Shown: positions 26,024 through 47,995, counted from the first letter of the stretch. The stretch is 64,000 nucleotides of DNA from Escherichia coli (GCF_003018255.1 NZ_CP027440.1), one strand, 5' to 3'. Translations and numbers: made by a program. Notes: generated from the sequence alone by a model not told the origin.

Positions 26024-27309
26024 TTCTGCTCGCGTTCGATAGCGCGCCAGCCGATATCTTTCCGGCAGAAGCAGTCGTCCCAATGGATATCGGTCATTAA
26101 GGCATAAGCGCGTTTCTGCGCTTCTGCCACGGTATGACCCAGCGCGGTAACGCACAGTACGCGCCCGCCGCTGGTCACTACCTGCTCGTCATCCGCTAGT
26201 TTCGTGCCCGCGTGGAACACTTTGCCGTCTGCCACTTCTTCCAGCGGCAGGCCGTGGATCACATCGCCGGTGCGGTAATCGCCCGGATATCCACCCGCAG
26301 CCATCACCACGCCGAGAGAAGCGCGTTCATCCCACTCGGACGTTTTCTCGTCCAGCTTGCCTTCACAGGCCGCCAGGCAGAGCTCAACCAGATCGGACTT
26401 CATGCGCAGCATAATCGGCTGGGTTTCTGGATCGCCAAAGCGGCAGTTAAATTCAATAACCTTCGGATTGCCCTGTTTGTCGATCATCAGGCCCGCGTAG
26501 AGAAAACCAGTGTAGGTGTTGCCTTCTGCCGCCATGCCTTTCACGGTTGGCCAGATGATTCGTTCCATCGTGCGCTGATGAACTTCATCGGTTACTACCG
26601 GCGCGGGGGAGTAAGCGCCCATCCCGCCCGTGTTTGGTCCGGTATCTTTATCGCCTACGCGTTTGTGATCCTGGCTGGTAGCCATCGGCAGCACATGCTC
26701 GCCGTCCACCATCACGATAAAGCTCGCTTCTTCGCCATCGAGGAACTCTTCGATAACGATGCGATGACCCGCGTCGCCAAACGCGTTGCCCGCCAGCATA
26801 TCGTGAACAGCTGCTTCAGCTTCTTCCAGCGTCATCGCCACGATAACGCCTTTCCCGGCTGCCAGACCGTCAGCTTTAATGACGATTGGCGCGCCTTTCT
26901 CACGCAGATACGCCAGCGCAGGTTCTACCTCGGTGAAGTTCTGGTATTCCGCTGTGGGAATGTTATGGCGGGCCAGAAAGTCTTTGGTGAATGCTTTAGA
27001 ACCTTCCAGTTGTGCGGCACCTGCGGTTGGGCCGAAGATTTTCAGCCCGGCGGCGCGGAAGGTATCGACTACGCCTTTCACCAGCGGCGCTTCCGGGCCG
27101 ACGATGGTTAGATCGATCTTTTCGTTTTGCGCGAAATCCAGCAGCGCCGGGATATCGGTTACGCCGATAGCGACGTTTTGCAGTGTGGGTTCCAGCGCAG
27201 TGCCTGCATTACCCGGAGCAACAAAAACAGTTTCAACCAGCGGCGACTGGGCCGCTTTCCAGGCCAGCGCGTGCTCGCGCCCGCCGTTACCAATCACTAA
27301 TACTTTCAT
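26020..27309 (-). CDS. purD: Phosphoribosylamine--glycine ligase
   Basis: 429-aa product from MKVLVIGNGGREHALAWK; internal start of the 433-aa ORF in the track. Confidence 0.95.
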   Translation of the reverse strand: MKVLVIGNGGREHALAWKAAQSPLVETVFVAPGNAGTALEPTLQNVAIGVTDIPALLDFAQNEKIDLTIVGPEAPLVKGVVDTFRAAGLKIFGPTAGAAQLEGSKAFTKDFLARHNIPTAEYQNFTEVEPALAYLREKGAPIVIKADGLAAGKGVIVAMTLEEAEAAVHDMLAGNAFGDAGHRIVIEEFLDGEEASFIVMVDGEHVLPMATSQDHKRVGDKDTGPNTGGMGAYSPAPVVTDEVHQRTMERIIWPTVKGMAAEGNTYTGFLYAGLMIDKQGNPKVIEFNCRFGDPETQPIMLRMKSDLVELCLAACEGKLDEKTSEWDERASLGVVMAAGGYPGDYRTGDVIHGLPLEEVADGKVFHAGTKLADDEQVVTSGGRVLCVTALGHTVAEAQKRAYALMTDIHWDDCFCRKDIGWRAIEREQN

Positions 27310-27320
27310 CTGTCGCTCCA

Positions 27321-28910
27321 TTAATGGCGGAAGTGGCGCATGTCGGTGAAGAGCATCGCAATACCGTGCTCGTCGGCGGCGGCAATCACTTCGTCATCAC
27401 GGATAGAACCGCCAGGCTGGATTACGCAGGTCACACCCGCAGCGGCGGCGGCATCAATACCGTCGCGGAACGGGAAGAACGCGTCAGAAGCCATCGAGGA
27501 ACCTTTCACTTCCAGGCCTTCATCGGCCGCTTTAATACCGGCGATTTTTGCGGAGTACACGCGGCTCATCTGGCCCGCGCCAATGCCGATGGTCATATTG
27601 TTTTTGGCATAGACAATGGCGTTGGATTTCACGAACTTCGCCACTTTCCAGCAGAACAGCGCATCACGCAGTTCCTGTTCGGTCGGCTGACGTTTGGTGA
27701 CGACGCGCAGTTCTTCTGCACCGACCATGCCCAGGTCGCGATCCTGAACCAGCAGACCGCCGTTAACACGTTTGAAATCAAGACCCGGAACACGCTCGCC
27801 CCACTGACCGCAGGTCAGGACGCGTACGTTCTGTTTGGCGGCGGTGATTTTCAGGGCTTCTTCGCTGGCGGACGGCGCAATAATCACTTCAACAAACTGA
27901 CGAGAAATGATGGCCTGCGCGGTTTCCGCATCCAGCTCGCGGTTAAAGGCGATAATGCCGCCGAATGCGGAGGTCGGGTCGGTTTTGTACGCGCGATCGT
28001 AAGCATCAAGAATGGAATTGCTGATAGCCACGCCGCACGGGTTGGCGTGCTTCACAATCACACATGCTGGCTCGGCGAACTCTTTCACGCACTCCAGCGC
28101 CGCATCGGTATCGGCGATGTTGTTATAAGAGAGGGCCTTACCCTGAACCTGGGTTGCGGTGGCAACAGAGGCTTCTTTCACGTTCTCTTCTATATAGAAG
28201 GCAGCCTGCTGGTGGCTGTTCTCGCCGTAACGCATATCCTGCTTCTTAATGAAGTTCAGGTTCAGCGTGCGTGGGAAGCGACCGGCGGCTTCTTTGCTTT
28301 CACCGTGGTAAGCCGGAACCATGCTGCCGAAGTAGTTGGCAATCATGCTGTCGTAGGCGGCGGTATGTTCAAAGGCTTTGATAGCGAGATCGAAACGGGT
28401 TGCAAGCAGAAGCGATCCTTCGTTGGCATCCATCTCTTTAATGATGGCGTCGTAGTCGCTGCTCTTCACCACGATGGCGACATCTTTATGGTTCTTGGCG
28501 GCAGAGCGCACCATCGTCGGGCCGCCGATATCGATGTTCTCAACCGCATCTTCCAGCGAGCAACCTTCACGGGCAACGGTCTGGGCGAACGGATACAGGT
28601 TAACAACCACCATATCGATAGGCTGGATCTGATGTTCTTCCATAATGGCATCGTCCTGGCCGCGACGGCCCAGAATGCCACCATGTACTTTCGGATGCAG
28701 GGTCTTCACGCGTCCATCCATCATCTCCGGGAAACCGGTGTAATCGGAAACTTCGGTTACCGGCAGACCTTTTTCTGCTAACAGACGGGCTGTGCCCCCT
28801 GTAGACAGCAGCTCCACACCGCGTGCGGAAAGTGCCTGGGCGAATTCGACGATACCGGCTTTGTCAGAAACACTGAGCAGAGCGCGGCGGACTGGACGAC
28901 GTTGTTGCAT
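27321..28910 (-). CDS. purH: Bifunctional AICAR transformylase / IMP cyclohydrolase
   Basis: 529-aa ORF recognised as PurH. Confidence 0.97.
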   Translation of the reverse strand: MQQRRPVRRALLSVSDKAGIVEFAQALSARGVELLSTGGTARLLAEKGLPVTEVSDYTGFPEMMDGRVKTLHPKVHGGILGRRGQDDAIMEEHQIQPIDMVVVNLYPFAQTVAREGCSLEDAVENIDIGGPTMVRSAAKNHKDVAIVVKSSDYDAIIKEMDANEGSLLLATRFDLAIKAFEHTAAYDSMIANYFGSMVPAYHGESKEAAGRFPRTLNLNFIKKQDMRYGENSHQQAAFYIEENVKEASVATATQVQGKALSYNNIADTDAALECVKEFAEPACVIVKHANPCGVAISNSILDAYDRAYKTDPTSAFGGIIAFNRELDAETAQAIISRQFVEVIIAPSASEEALKITAAKQNVRVLTCGQWGERVPGLDFKRVNGGLLVQDRDLGMVGAEELRVVTKRQPTEQELRDALFCWKVAKFVKSNAIVYAKNNMTIGIGAGQMSRVYSAKIAGIKAADEGLEVKGSSMASDAFFPFRDGIDAAAAAGVTCVIQPGGSIRDDEVIAAADEHGIAMLFTDMRHFRH

Positions 28911-29017
28911 GGTAAATCCCCTGGATTTGACTATTACAGAGAGCGTTAGCTGAATTTTTCGCGAAAAACTCAGCTAACGCCCCTAACGGGGCATCCTTAT
29001 TTTTCGCCCGCATTGTA

Positions 29018-29032
29018 ACGAAAACGTTTGCG
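29018..29032. promoter_or_regulatory. PurR operator (PUR box) upstream of purHD
   Basis: acgaaaacgtttgcg, reverse complement cgcaaacgttttcgt, matches PurR box consensus. Confidence 0.5.
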
Positions 29033-29182
29033 CAACGCTCGCGAATTTTTCTCTTTCAATGGTGATCACAATTTTGACAGTGGCTACCGTGGGAAAAATA
29101 CAGAAATTACATTGATGATTGTGGATAACTCTGTGCGTAAAAAGGTATAAAGCGGGGTTTTGCTGGGGAATGCAGCAGTCAG

Positions 29183-29232
29183 TCATTTTTATGCAATTTT
29201 TCTATTGCGACCTGCGGAGAACTCCCTATAAT
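29183..29232 (+). promoter_or_regulatory. rRNA operon promoter P1 with AT-rich UP element (-35 ttgcga, -10 tataat)
   Basis: AT-rich tract 29183-29203, hexamers at 29205-29210 and 29227-29232. Confidence 0.6.
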
Positions 29233-29314
29233 GCGCCTCCATCGACACGGCGGATGTGAATCACTTCACACAAACAGCCGGTTCGGTTGAAGAGAAAAAT
29301 CCTGAAATTCAGGG

Positions 29315-29342
29315 TTGACTCTGAAAGAGGAAAGCGTAATAT
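29315..29342 (+). promoter_or_regulatory. rRNA operon promoter P2 (-35 ttgact, -10 taatat)
   Basis: Hexamers at 29315-29320 and 29337-29342; boxA-like gctctttaacaa lies downstream at about 29385. Confidence 0.55.
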
Positions 29343-29526
29343 ACGCCACCTCGCGACAGTGAGCTGAAAGCCGCGTCGCAGCTGCTCTTTAACAATTTAT
29401 CAGACAATCTGTGTGGGCACTCGAAGATACGGATTCTTAACGTCGCAAGACGAAAAATGAATACCAAGTCTCAAGAGTGAACACGTAATTCATTACGAAG
29501 TTTAATTCTTTGAGCATCAAACTTTT

Positions 29527-31068
<1,542 letters not shown>

Positions 31069-31153
31069 CCTTAAAGAAGCGTACTTTGCAGTGCTCACAC
31101 AGATTGTCTGATAGAAAGTGAAAAGCAAGGCGTCTTGCGAAGCAGACTGATAC

Positions 31154-31229
31154 GTCCCCTTCGTCTAGAGGCCCAGGACACCGCCCTTTCACGGCGGTAA
31201 CAGGGGTTCGAATCCCCTAGGGGACGCCA
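31154..31229 (+). tRNA. gltV: tRNA-Glu (UUC) in 16S-23S spacer
   Basis: gtccccttcgtctagaggcccaggacaccgccctttcacggcggtaacaggggttcgaatcccctaggggacgcca, 76 nt. Confidence 0.97.
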
Positions 31230-31413
31230 CTTGCTGGTTTGTGAGTGAAAGTCACCTGCCTTAGTATCTCAAAACTCATCTTCGGGTGATGTTTGAGATA
31301 TTTGCTCTTTAAAAATCTGGATCAAGCTGAAAATTGAAACACTGAACAACGAAAGTTGTTCGTGAGTCTCTCAAATTTTCGCAACTCTGAAGTGAAACAT
31401 CTTCGGGTTGTGA

Positions 31414-34317
<2,904 letters not shown>

Positions 34318-34414
34318 ACAACGCCGAAGATGTTTTGGCGGATGAGAGAAGATTTTCAGCCTGATACAGATTAAATCGACATGTCATAACGAGACGTGTT
34401 GATAAAACAGAATT

Positions 34415-34534
34415 TGCCTGGCGGCCTTAGCGCGGTGGTCCCACCTGACCCCATGCCGAACTCAGAAGTGAAACGCCGTAGCGCCGATGGTAGTGTGGGG
34501 TCTCCCCATGCGAGAGTAGGGAACTGCCAGGCAT
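34415..34534 (+). rRNA. rrfE: 5S ribosomal RNA
   Basis: tgcctggcggcc...gggaactgccaggcat, 120 nt. Confidence 0.97.
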
Positions 34535-34546
34535 CAAATTAAGCGA

Positions 34547-34574
34547 AAGGCCATCCGAAAGGATGGCCTTTTTG
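34547..34574 (+). terminator. rRNA operon intrinsic terminator
   Basis: Hairpin aaggccatcc-gaaa-ggatggcctt followed by ttt. Confidence 0.7.
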
Positions 34575-34657
34575 CATTGGCGCAGAAAAAATGCCGGATG
34601 CGACGCTGGCGCGTCTGCTCCAGCTTACGCAAGCACGATAGCACGATAGGGGGCAGC

Positions 34658-35101
34658 TTATTCCCCTACATATGCCAGATTCAGCAATGGATACGGTTTC
34701 CCCAAATCGTCCACCTCAGAGCGTCCCGTAACCTTAAAACCCATCTTCTTATAGAACCCAACAGCCTGCTTATTTTGCTCATTAACATTGGTTGTCAGTT
34801 CCGGTGCCATCGAGAGCGCATGTTCCACCAGCATCCGACCCACGCCGCAGCCGCGCACATCAGGATCGATAAACAGCGCATCCATATGCTGCCCACTTAA
34901 CAACATAAACCCAACCGGCCGATCCCGCTCATTAACCGCGACCCACAACGGCGCTTCCGGCAGGAAGGAACGAACTAGCTCCTCCAGCTCGGCCCGATAC
35001 GCTGCTGATAAAAAATCGTGAGTGGCATCGACAGAACGACACCAAATCGCAACGAGCTCCTCCCCTTCCTCATGCCGTGAGCGGCGAATACTAATAACCA
35101 T
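34658..35101 (-). CDS. yjaB: GNAT family N-acetyltransferase YjaB
   Basis: 147-aa ORF with acetyl-CoA binding motif (RGCGVGRMLVEHA); synteny between rrnE and metA. Confidence 0.9.
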   Translation of the reverse strand: MVISIRRSRHEEGEELVAIWCRSVDATHDFLSAAYRAELEELVRSFLPEAPLWVAVNERDRPVGFMLLSGQHMDALFIDPDVRGCGVGRMLVEHALSMAPELTTNVNEQNKQAVGFYKKMGFKVTGRSEVDDLGKPYPLLNLAYVGE

Positions 35102-35206
35102 TTTCTCTCCTTTTCGTCATTCTTATATTCTAACGTAGCCTTTTCCTTGAAACTTTCTCACCTTCAATATGCAGGCTCGACATTGGCAAATTTTCTGGTT
35201 ATCTTC

Positions 35207-35238
35207 AGCTATCTGGATGTCTAAACGTATAAGCGTAT
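35207..35238. promoter_or_regulatory. Probable MetJ operator (tandem degenerate 8-bp met boxes) upstream of metA
   Basis: agctatct ggatgtct aaacgtat resemble tandem AGACGTCT boxes. Confidence 0.4.
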
Positions 35239-35257
35239 GTAGTGAGGTAATCAGGTT

Positions 35258-36187
35258 ATGCCGATTCGTGTGCCGGACGAGCTACCCGCCGTCAATTTCT
35301 TGCGTGAAGAAAACGTCTTTGTGATGACAACTTCTCGTGCGTCTGGTCAGGAAATTCGTCCGCTAAAGGTGCTTATCCTTAACCTGATGCCGAAGAAGAT
35401 CGAAACTGAAAATCAGTTTCTGCGCCTGCTTTCAAACTCACCTTTGCAGGTCGATATTCAGCTGTTGCGCATCGATTCCCGTGAATCGCGCAACACGCCC
35501 GCAGAGCATCTGAATAACTTCTACTGTAACTTTGAAGATATTCAGGAACAAAACTTTGATGGTCTGATAGTTACCGGCGCGCCGCTGGGCCTGGTGGAGT
35601 TTAATGATGTTGCTTACTGGCCGCAGATCAAACAGGTGCTGGAGTGGTCGAAAGATCACGTCACCTCGACGCTGTTTGTCTGTTGGGCGGTCCAGGCCGC
35701 GCTCAATATCCTCTACGGCATTCCTAAGCAAACCCGCACCGACAAACTCTCTGGCGTTTACGAGCATCATATTCTCCATCCTCATGCGCTTCTGACGCGT
35801 GGCTTTGATGATTCATTCCTGGCACCACATTCGCGCTATGCTGACTTTCCGGCAGCGTTGATTCGTGATTATACCGATCTGGAAATTCTGGCGGAGACAG
35901 AAGAAGGGGATGCCTATCTGTTTGCCAGCAAAGATAAGCGAATTGCCTTTGTGACGGGCCATCCCGAATATGATGCGCAAACGCTGGCGCAGGAATTTTT
36001 CCGCGATGTGGAAGCCGGACTAGACCCGGATGTACCGTATAACTATTTCCCGCATAATGATCCGCAAAATACACCGCGAGCGAGCTGGCGTAGTCACGGT
36101 AATTTGCTGTTTACCAACTGGCTCAACTATTACGTCTACCAGATCACGCCATACGATCTACGGCACATGAACCCAACGCTGGATTAA
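35258..36187 (+). CDS. metA: Homoserine O-succinyltransferase
   Basis: 309-aa ORF recognised as MetA. Confidence 0.97.
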
Positions 36188-36231
36188 TCTTCTGTGATAG
36201 TCGATCGTTAAGCGATTCAGCACCTTACCTC

Positions 36232-36256
36232 AGGCACCTTCGGGTGCCTTTTTTAT
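36232..36256 (+). terminator. metA intrinsic terminator
   Basis: Hairpin aggcacc-ttcg-ggtgcct followed by tttttt. Confidence 0.65.
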
Positions 36257-36331
36257 TTCCGAAACGCACCTCAGTAGGTGAATAAATTTTATTCATATTG
36301 TTATCAATAAGTTATCAAGTATTTTTAATTA

Positions 36332-36361
36332 AAATGGAAATTGTTTTTGATTTTGCATTTT
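36332..36361. promoter_or_regulatory. aceBAK promoter region with probable IclR operator
   Basis: AT-rich aatggaaattgtttttgattttgcatttt upstream of aceB; IclR represses aceBAK from a site in this position. Confidence 0.4.
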
Positions 36362-36455
36362 AAATGAGTAGTCTTAGTTGTGCTGAACGAAAAGCGCACA
36401 ACGATCCTTCGTTCACAGTGGGGAAGTTTTCGGATCCATGACGAGGAGCTGCACG

Positions 36456-38057
36456 ATGACTGAACAGGCAACAACAACCGATGAATTGGCTTTCACAAGG
36501 CCGTATGGCGAGCAGGAGAAGCATATTCTTACTGCCGAAGCGGTAGAATTTCTGACTGAGCTGGTGACGCATTTTACGCCACAACGCAATAAACTTCTGG
36601 CAGCGCGCATTCAGCAGCAGCAGGATATCGATAACGGAACGTTGCCTGATTTTATTTCGGAAACAGCTTCCATTCGTGATGCTGACTGGAAAATTCGCGG
36701 GATTCCTGCGGACTTAGAAGATCGTCGGGTAGAGATTACCGGCCCGGTTGAGCGCAAGATGGTGATCAACGCGCTCAACGCCAATGTGAAAGTCTTTATG
36801 GCCGATTTCGAAGATTCACTGGCACCAGACTGGAACAAAGTGATCGATGGGCAAATTAACCTGCGCGATGCGGTTAACGGCACCATCAGCTATACCAATG
36901 AAGCAGGCAAAATTTATCAGCTCAAGCCCAATCCAGCGGTTTTGATTTGTCGGGTACGCGGTCTGCACTTGCCGGAAAAACATGTCACCTGGCGTGGTGA
37001 GGCAATCCCCGGTAGCCTGTTTGATTTTGCGCTCTATTTCTTCCACAACTATCAGGCACTGTTGGCAAAGGGCAGCGGTCCCTATTTCTATCTGCCGAAA
37101 ACCCAGTCCTGGCAGGAAGCGGCCTGGTGGAGCGAAGTCTTCAGCTATGCAGAAGATCGCTTTAATCTGCCGCGCGGCACCATCAAGGCGACGTTGCTGA
37201 TTGAAACGCTGCCCGCCGTGTTCCAGATGGATGAAATCCTTCACGCGCTGCGTGACCATATTGTTGGTCTGAACTGCGGTCGTTGGGATTACATCTTCAG
37301 TTATATCAAAACATTGAAAAACTATCCCGATCGCGTCCTGCCAGATAGACAGGCAGTGACGATGGATAAACCCTTCCTGAATGCTTACTCACGCCTGTTG
37401 ATTAAAACCTGCCATAAACGCGGTGCTTTTGCGATGGGCGGTATGGCGGCATTTATTCCGAGCAAAGATGAAGAGCGCAATAACCAGGTGCTCAACAAAG
37501 TAAAAGCGGATAAATCGCTGGAAGCTAATAACGGTCACGATGGCACATGGATTGCCCACCCAGGCCTTGCGGATACGGCAATGGCGGTATTCAACGACAT
37601 TCTCGGCTCCCGTAAAAATCAGCTTGAAGTGATGCGCGAACAAGACGCGCCGATTACTGCCGATCAGTTGCTGGCACCTTGTGATGGTGAACGCACCGAA
37701 GAAGGTATGCGCGCCAACATTCGCGTGGCTGTGCAGTACATCGAAGCGTGGATCTCTGGCAATGGCTGTGTGCCGATTTATGGCCTGATGGAAGATGCGG
37801 CGACGGCTGAAATTTCCCGTACCTCAATCTGGCAGTGGATCCATCATCAAAAAACGTTGAGCAATGGCAAACCGGTGACTAAAGCCTTGTTCCGCCAGAT
37901 GCTGGGCGAAGAGATGAAAGTCATTGCCAGCGAACTGGGCGAAGAACGTTTCTCCCAGGGGCGTTTTGACGATGCCGCACGCTTGATGGAACAGATCACC
38001 ACTTCCGATGAGTTAATTGATTTCCTGACCCTGCCAGGCTACCGCCTGTTAGCGTAA
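36456..38057 (+). CDS. aceB: Malate synthase A
   Basis: 533-aa product from [20 protein letters not shown]; internal start of the 539-aa ORF in the track. Confidence 0.97.
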   Translation: MTEQATTTDELAFTRPYGEQEKHILTAEAVEFLTELVTHFTPQRNKLLAARIQQQQDIDNGTLPDFISETASIRDADWKIRGIPADLEDRRVEITGPVERKMVINALNANVKVFMADFEDSLAPDWNKVIDGQINLRDAVNGTISYTNEAGKIYQLKPNPAVLICRVRGLHLPEKHVTWRGEAIPGSLFDFALYFFHNYQALLAKGSGPYFYLPKTQSWQEAAWWSEVFSYAEDRFNLPRGTIKATLLIETLPAVFQMDEILHALRDHIVGLNCGRWDYIFSYIKTLKNYPDRVLPDRQAVTMDKPFLNAYSRLLIKTCHKRGAFAMGGMAAFIPSKDEERNNQVLNKVKADKSLEANNGHDGTWIAHPGLADTAMAVFNDILGSRKNQLEVMREQDAPITADQLLAPCDGERTEEGMRANIRVAVQYIEAWISGNGCVPIYGLMEDAATAEISRTSIWQWIHHQKTLSNGKPVTKALFRQMLGEEMKVIASELGEERFSQGRFDDAARLMEQITTSDELIDFLTLPGYRLLA

Positions 38058-38086
38058 ACCACCACATAACTATGGAGCATCTGCAC

Positions 38087-39391
38087 ATGAAAACCCGTAC
38101 ACAACAAATTGAAGAATTACAGAAAGAGTGGACTCAACCGCGTTGGGAAGGCATTACTCGCCCGTACAGCGCGGAAGATGTGGTGAAATTACGCGGTTCA
38201 GTCAATCCGGAATGCACCCTGGCGCAACTGGGCGCGGCGAAAATGTGGCGTCTGCTGCACGGCGAGTCGAAAAAAGGCTACATCAACAGCCTCGGTGCAC
38301 TGACTGGCGGTCAGGCGCTGCAACAGGCGAAAGCGGGTATTGAAGCAGTCTATCTGTCGGGATGGCAGGTAGCGGCGGACGCTAACCTGGCGGCCAGCAT
38401 GTATCCGGATCAGTCGCTCTATCCGGCAAACTCGGTGCCAGCGGTGGTGGAGCGGATCAACAATACTTTCCGCCGTGCGGATCAGATCCAATGGTCCGCG
38501 GGCATTGAGCCGGGCGATCCGCGCTATGTCGATTACTTCCTGCCGATCGTCGCCGATGCGGAGGCCGGTTTTGGCGGTGTACTGAATGCCTTTGAACTGA
38601 TGAAAGCGATGATTGAAGCCGGTGCAGCGGCAGTTCACTTCGAAGATCAGCTGGCATCAGTGAAGAAATGTGGTCACATGGGCGGCAAAGTTTTGGTGCC
38701 AACTCAGGAAGCTATTCAGAAACTGGTCGCGGCGCGTCTGGCAGCTGATGTGACGGGCGTTCCAACCCTGCTGGTTGCTCGTACCGATGCCGATGCGGCG
38801 GATCTGATTACCTCCGATTGCGACCCATATGACAGCGAATTTATTACTGGCGAGCGTACCAGTGAAGGCTTCTTCCGTACTCATGCGGGTATTGAGCAAG
38901 CGATCAGCCGTGGCCTGGCGTATGCGCCATATGCTGACCTGGTCTGGTGTGAAACCTCCACGCCGGACCTGGAACTGGCGCGTCGCTTTGCACAAGCCAT
39001 CCACGCGAAATATCCGGGCAAACTGCTGGCTTATAACTGCTCGCCGTCGTTCAACTGGCAGAAAAACCTCGACGACAAAACTATTGCCAGCTTCCAGCAG
39101 CAGCTGTCGGATATGGGCTACAAGTTCCAGTTCATCACCCTGGCAGGTATCCACAGCATGTGGTTCAACATGTTTGACCTGGCAAACGCCTATGCCCAGG
39201 GCGAGGGTATGAAGCACTATGTTGAGAAAGTGCAGCAGCCGGAATTTGCCGCCGCGAAAGATGGCTATACCTTCGTATCTCACCAACAGGAAGTGGGTAC
39301 AGGTTACTTCGATAAAGTGACGACCATTATTCAGGGCGGCACGTCGTCGGTTACCGCACTGACTGGCTCCACCGAAGAATCGCAGTTCTAA
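38087..39391 (+). CDS. aceA: Isocitrate lyase
   Basis: 434-aa product from [22 protein letters not shown]; catalytic KKCGH motif present. Confidence 0.97.
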   Translation: MKTRTQQIEELQKEWTQPRWEGITRPYSAEDVVKLRGSVNPECTLAQLGAAKMWRLLHGESKKGYINSLGALTGGQALQQAKAGIEAVYLSGWQVAADANLAASMYPDQSLYPANSVPAVVERINNTFRRADQIQWSAGIEPGDPRYVDYFLPIVADAEAGFGGVLNAFELMKAMIEAGAAAVHFEDQLASVKKCGHMGGKVLVPTQEAIQKLVAARLAADVTGVPTLLVARTDADAADLITSDCDPYDSEFITGERTSEGFFRTHAGIEQAISRGLAYAPYADLVWCETSTPDLELARRFAQAIHAKYPGKLLAYNCSPSFNWQKNLDDKTIASFQQQLSDMGYKFQFITLAGIHSMWFNMFDLANAYAQGEGMKHYVEKVQQPEFAAAKDGYTFVSHQQEVGTGYFDKVTTIIQGGTSSVTALTGSTEESQF

Positions 39392-39411
39392 GCAACCGAT
39401 AAACGTTGCTG

Positions 39412-41331
<1,920 letters not shown>

Positions 41332-41347
41332 ATCAGAGGCGAAAAAG

Positions 41348-42172
41348 TCAGCGTATTCCACCGTACGCCAGCGTCACTTCCTTCGCCGCTTTAATCACCA
41401 TCGCGCCAAACTCGGTCACGCGGTCATCGGTAATACGTGAAATCGGTCCGGAAATTGAAATTGCGGCAAACGGTTCGCGGTGCTCATCGAAAATACACGC
41501 TGCAAGGCAACGCAGCCCCAGCGCATGTTCCTCATCGTCAAATGAATAACCCCGTTTGCGCGTTTGGGCGAGATCTTCTTTTAAATGCACAGGAGACACC
41601 AGCGTTGCGTGGGTATAGGCATGTAACCCTTTGCGGTGCAGCAGCTTCGTCACCTGTTCTTCGCTCAGTTGGGCCAGAAAGGCTTTACCCGCACCGGAAG
41701 CGTGCATCGGCAATTTACCGCCGATAGGCGCGGACATTCGCATCAGGTGAGTACACTGTACCTGGTCGATAATAATCGCTTCGTGATTGCTTTGATCAAG
41801 CACCGCCATATTGACCGTTTCGCCAGACTCTTCCATTAGATTGCGCAGGATAGGGTGAACAATCGCTAACAAATTACGGCTCTGGAGAAAGCTGCTACCG
41901 ACCATAAAGGCGTGTGCGCCGATTGCCCAGTGACCCAGTTCGCCGACCTGACGGACAAAGCCCTGTTGCTGCATCGTGGTTAGCAGGCGGTGGGTCGTGG
42001 AATTGGGTAACCCGGCTTGCTGTGCCAGTTCCGTGAGTGCCACACTGCCATTGGATTCGGCAATCCACTCCAGTAATTTCAGGCCACGCGTTAAAGACTG
42101 AACCTGTCCAGTCGCTGGTGCGGTGGCAACGGCGGGTTTTCTGCCGCGTTTTGCGGGAATGGGTGCGACCAT
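41348..42172 (-). CDS. iclR: Transcriptional repressor IclR
   Basis: 274-aa product from MVAPIPAKRGRKPAVATAPATGQ; internal start of the 287-aa ORF in the track. Confidence 0.95.
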   Translation of the reverse strand: MVAPIPAKRGRKPAVATAPATGQVQSLTRGLKLLEWIAESNGSVALTELAQQAGLPNSTTHRLLTTMQQQGFVRQVGELGHWAIGAHAFMVGSSFLQSRNLLAIVHPILRNLMEESGETVNMAVLDQSNHEAIIIDQVQCTHLMRMSAPIGGKLPMHASGAGKAFLAQLSEEQVTKLLHRKGLHAYTHATLVSPVHLKEDLAQTRKRGYSFDDEEHALGLRCLAACIFDEHREPFAAISISGPISRITDDRVTEFGAMVIKAAKEVTLAYGGIR

Positions 42173-42371
42173 GACAGTCTCCTTTTTCTGTATCGTGGAA
42201 ATCATTTTCATTTTTATTGTTAGCTAATGCAATAGTTGCTGAACTGATCCGATGAGTTAATGTTGAACAAATCTCATGTTGCGTGGTGGTCGCTTTTACC
42301 ACAGATGCGTTTATGCCAGTATGGTTTGTTGAATTTTTATTAAATCTGGGTTGAGCGTGTCGGGAGCAAGT

Positions 42372-46055
<3,684 letters not shown>

Positions 46056-46274
46056 TTCACAAATCTGTCACTTTTCCTTACAACAAACAGGGCGCTCAAT
46101 GAGTGCCCTGTCTCTTTATTAATATGAAACACTTATACTGGAAACAGGCTGGAATAATCTTAGCCGGAAAAACGAAGGTCAAAAGGCACAGTAAAGATGC
46201 CAGTCAGCGTGTTTCCGGTCCTTTGGTCATTCAATTGCTTCAGGAACATATAACGATAAGGAGAACCTGAACTC

Positions 46275-47906
46275 GTGTTAACGCTGCTTCACCTGCTTTC
46301 TGCCGTCGCCCTGCTGGTCTGGGGGACTCATATTGTTCGAACCGGCGTAATGCGCGTCTTCGGCGCGCGTTTGCGTACTGTCCTTAGCCGGAGCGTCGAA
46401 AAAAAGCCGCTCGCCTTTTGCGCGGGGATAGGCGTTACCGCACTGGTGCAGAGCAGTAATGCCACCACTATGCTGGTGACCTCGTTCGTCGCTCAGGATC
46501 TGGTAGCCCTCGCACCGGCTCTGGTGATTGTGCTGGGTGCAGATGTCGGGACGGCGCTAATGGCGCGTATTCTCACCTTCGACTTATCCTGGCTGTCACC
46601 ATTACTTATTTTTATCGGCGTGATTTTTTTCCTCGGACGCAAACAGTCACGCGCCGGGCAACTGGGCCGCGTCGGTATTGGTCTTGGGTTGATTTTGCTG
46701 GCGCTGGAGTTGATTGTGCAGGCCGTAACGCCGATCACCCAGGCAAACGGCGTTCAGGTGATCTTTGCCTCGCTGACCGGCGATATTCTGCTGGATGCGC
46801 TGATTGGTGCGATGTTCGCCATTATCAGCTACTCCAGCCTTGCCGCGGTACTGCTGACCGCGACTCTGACCGCCGCAGGCATTATCTCTTTCCCAGTGGC
46901 GCTTTGTCTGGTGATTGGTGCAAACCTCGGTTCCGGCCTGCTGGCGATGCTCAACAACAGTGCCGCCAATGCCGCAGCCCGCCGTGTCGCGCTGGGTAGC
47001 CTGCTGTTTAAGCTGGTGGGTAGCCTGATTATCCTGCCGTTTGTTCATTTGCTGGCAGAGACAATGGGGAAGTTGCCATTGCCAAAAGCGGAATTGGTGA
47101 TCTATTTCCACGTCTTCTACAACCTTGTACGCTGCCTGGTCATGCTGCCATTTGTTGACCCGATGGCACGGTTTTGCAAAACGATTATTCGCGATGAACC
47201 GGAACTGGATACCCAGCTACGGCCTAAACATCTGGATGTCAGCGCGCTGGATACGCCCACGCTTGCTCTGGCGAACGCTGCCCGCGAAACCCTGCGCATT
47301 GGCGACGCCATGGAACAGATGATGGAAGGGTTGAATAAAGTGATGCACGGCGAGCCACGGCAGGAGAAAGAGCTGCGTAAGCTGGCTGATGACATCAACG
47401 TTCTCTATACCGCCATTAAGCTGTATCTGGCGCGGATGCCAAAAGAGGAACTGGCAGAAGAAGAGTCGCGCCGCTGGGCGGAGATCATCGAAATGTCGCT
47501 CAACCTTGAACAGGCCTCCGATATCGTCGAGCGCATGGGGAGTGAAATTGCCGATAAATCGCTGGCAGCACGGCGGGCATTTTCGCTTGATGGCTTGAAG
47601 GAACTGGATGCGCTCTATGAGCAATTGCTCAGTAATTTAAAACTGGCAATGTCGGTTTTCTTCTCTGGCGATGTTACCAGCGCCCGTCGTTTGCGCCGCA
47701 GCAAGCATCGCTTTCGCATTCTTAATCGCCGTTATTCCCATGCTCACGTCGATCGCCTGCATCAGCAAAACGTGCAGAGTATTGAAACCAGTTCGCTACA
47801 TTTAGGCTTACTGGGAGATATGCAGCGTCTGAACTCGCTGTTTTGTTCGGTGGCTTACAGTGTGCTGGAACAGCCGGATGAAGACGAAGGACGGGACGAG
47901 TATTAA
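46275..47906 (+). CDS. yjbB: Putative Na+/phosphate symporter family inner-membrane protein YjbB
   Basis: 543-aa polytopic membrane ORF with C-terminal PhoU-like region; synteny after metH. Confidence 0.9.
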   Translation: MLTLLHLLSAVALLVWGTHIVRTGVMRVFGARLRTVLSRSVEKKPLAFCAGIGVTALVQSSNATTMLVTSFVAQDLVALAPALVIVLGADVGTALMARILTFDLSWLSPLLIFIGVIFFLGRKQSRAGQLGRVGIGLGLILLALELIVQAVTPITQANGVQVIFASLTGDILLDALIGAMFAIISYSSLAAVLLTATLTAAGIISFPVALCLVIGANLGSGLLAMLNNSAANAAARRVALGSLLFKLVGSLIILPFVHLLAETMGKLPLPKAELVIYFHVFYNLVRCLVMLPFVDPMARFCKTIIRDEPELDTQLRPKHLDVSALDTPTLALANAARETLRIGDAMEQMMEGLNKVMHGEPRQEKELRKLADDINVLYTAIKLYLARMPKEELAEEESRRWAEIIEMSLNLEQASDIVERMGSEIADKSLAARRAFSLDGLKELDALYEQLLSNLKLAMSVFFSGDVTSARRLRRSKHRFRILNRRYSHAHVDRLHQQNVQSIETSSLHLGLLGDMQRLNSLFCSVAYSVLEQPDEDEGRDEY

Positions 47907-47919
47907 TACCGTGACCCTG

Positions 47920-47992
47920 AAGGCCTGATAAGACGTGTAAAGCGTCGCATCAGGCACTATGTACAAGATGCCGGATCATGCATCCGGCAATT
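47920..47992. repeat. REP element(s) between yjbB and pepE
   Basis: ggcctgataagacg...cgtcgcatcaggc and gccggatcatgcatccggca palindromic units. Confidence 0.5.
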
Positions 47993-47995
47993 CAC

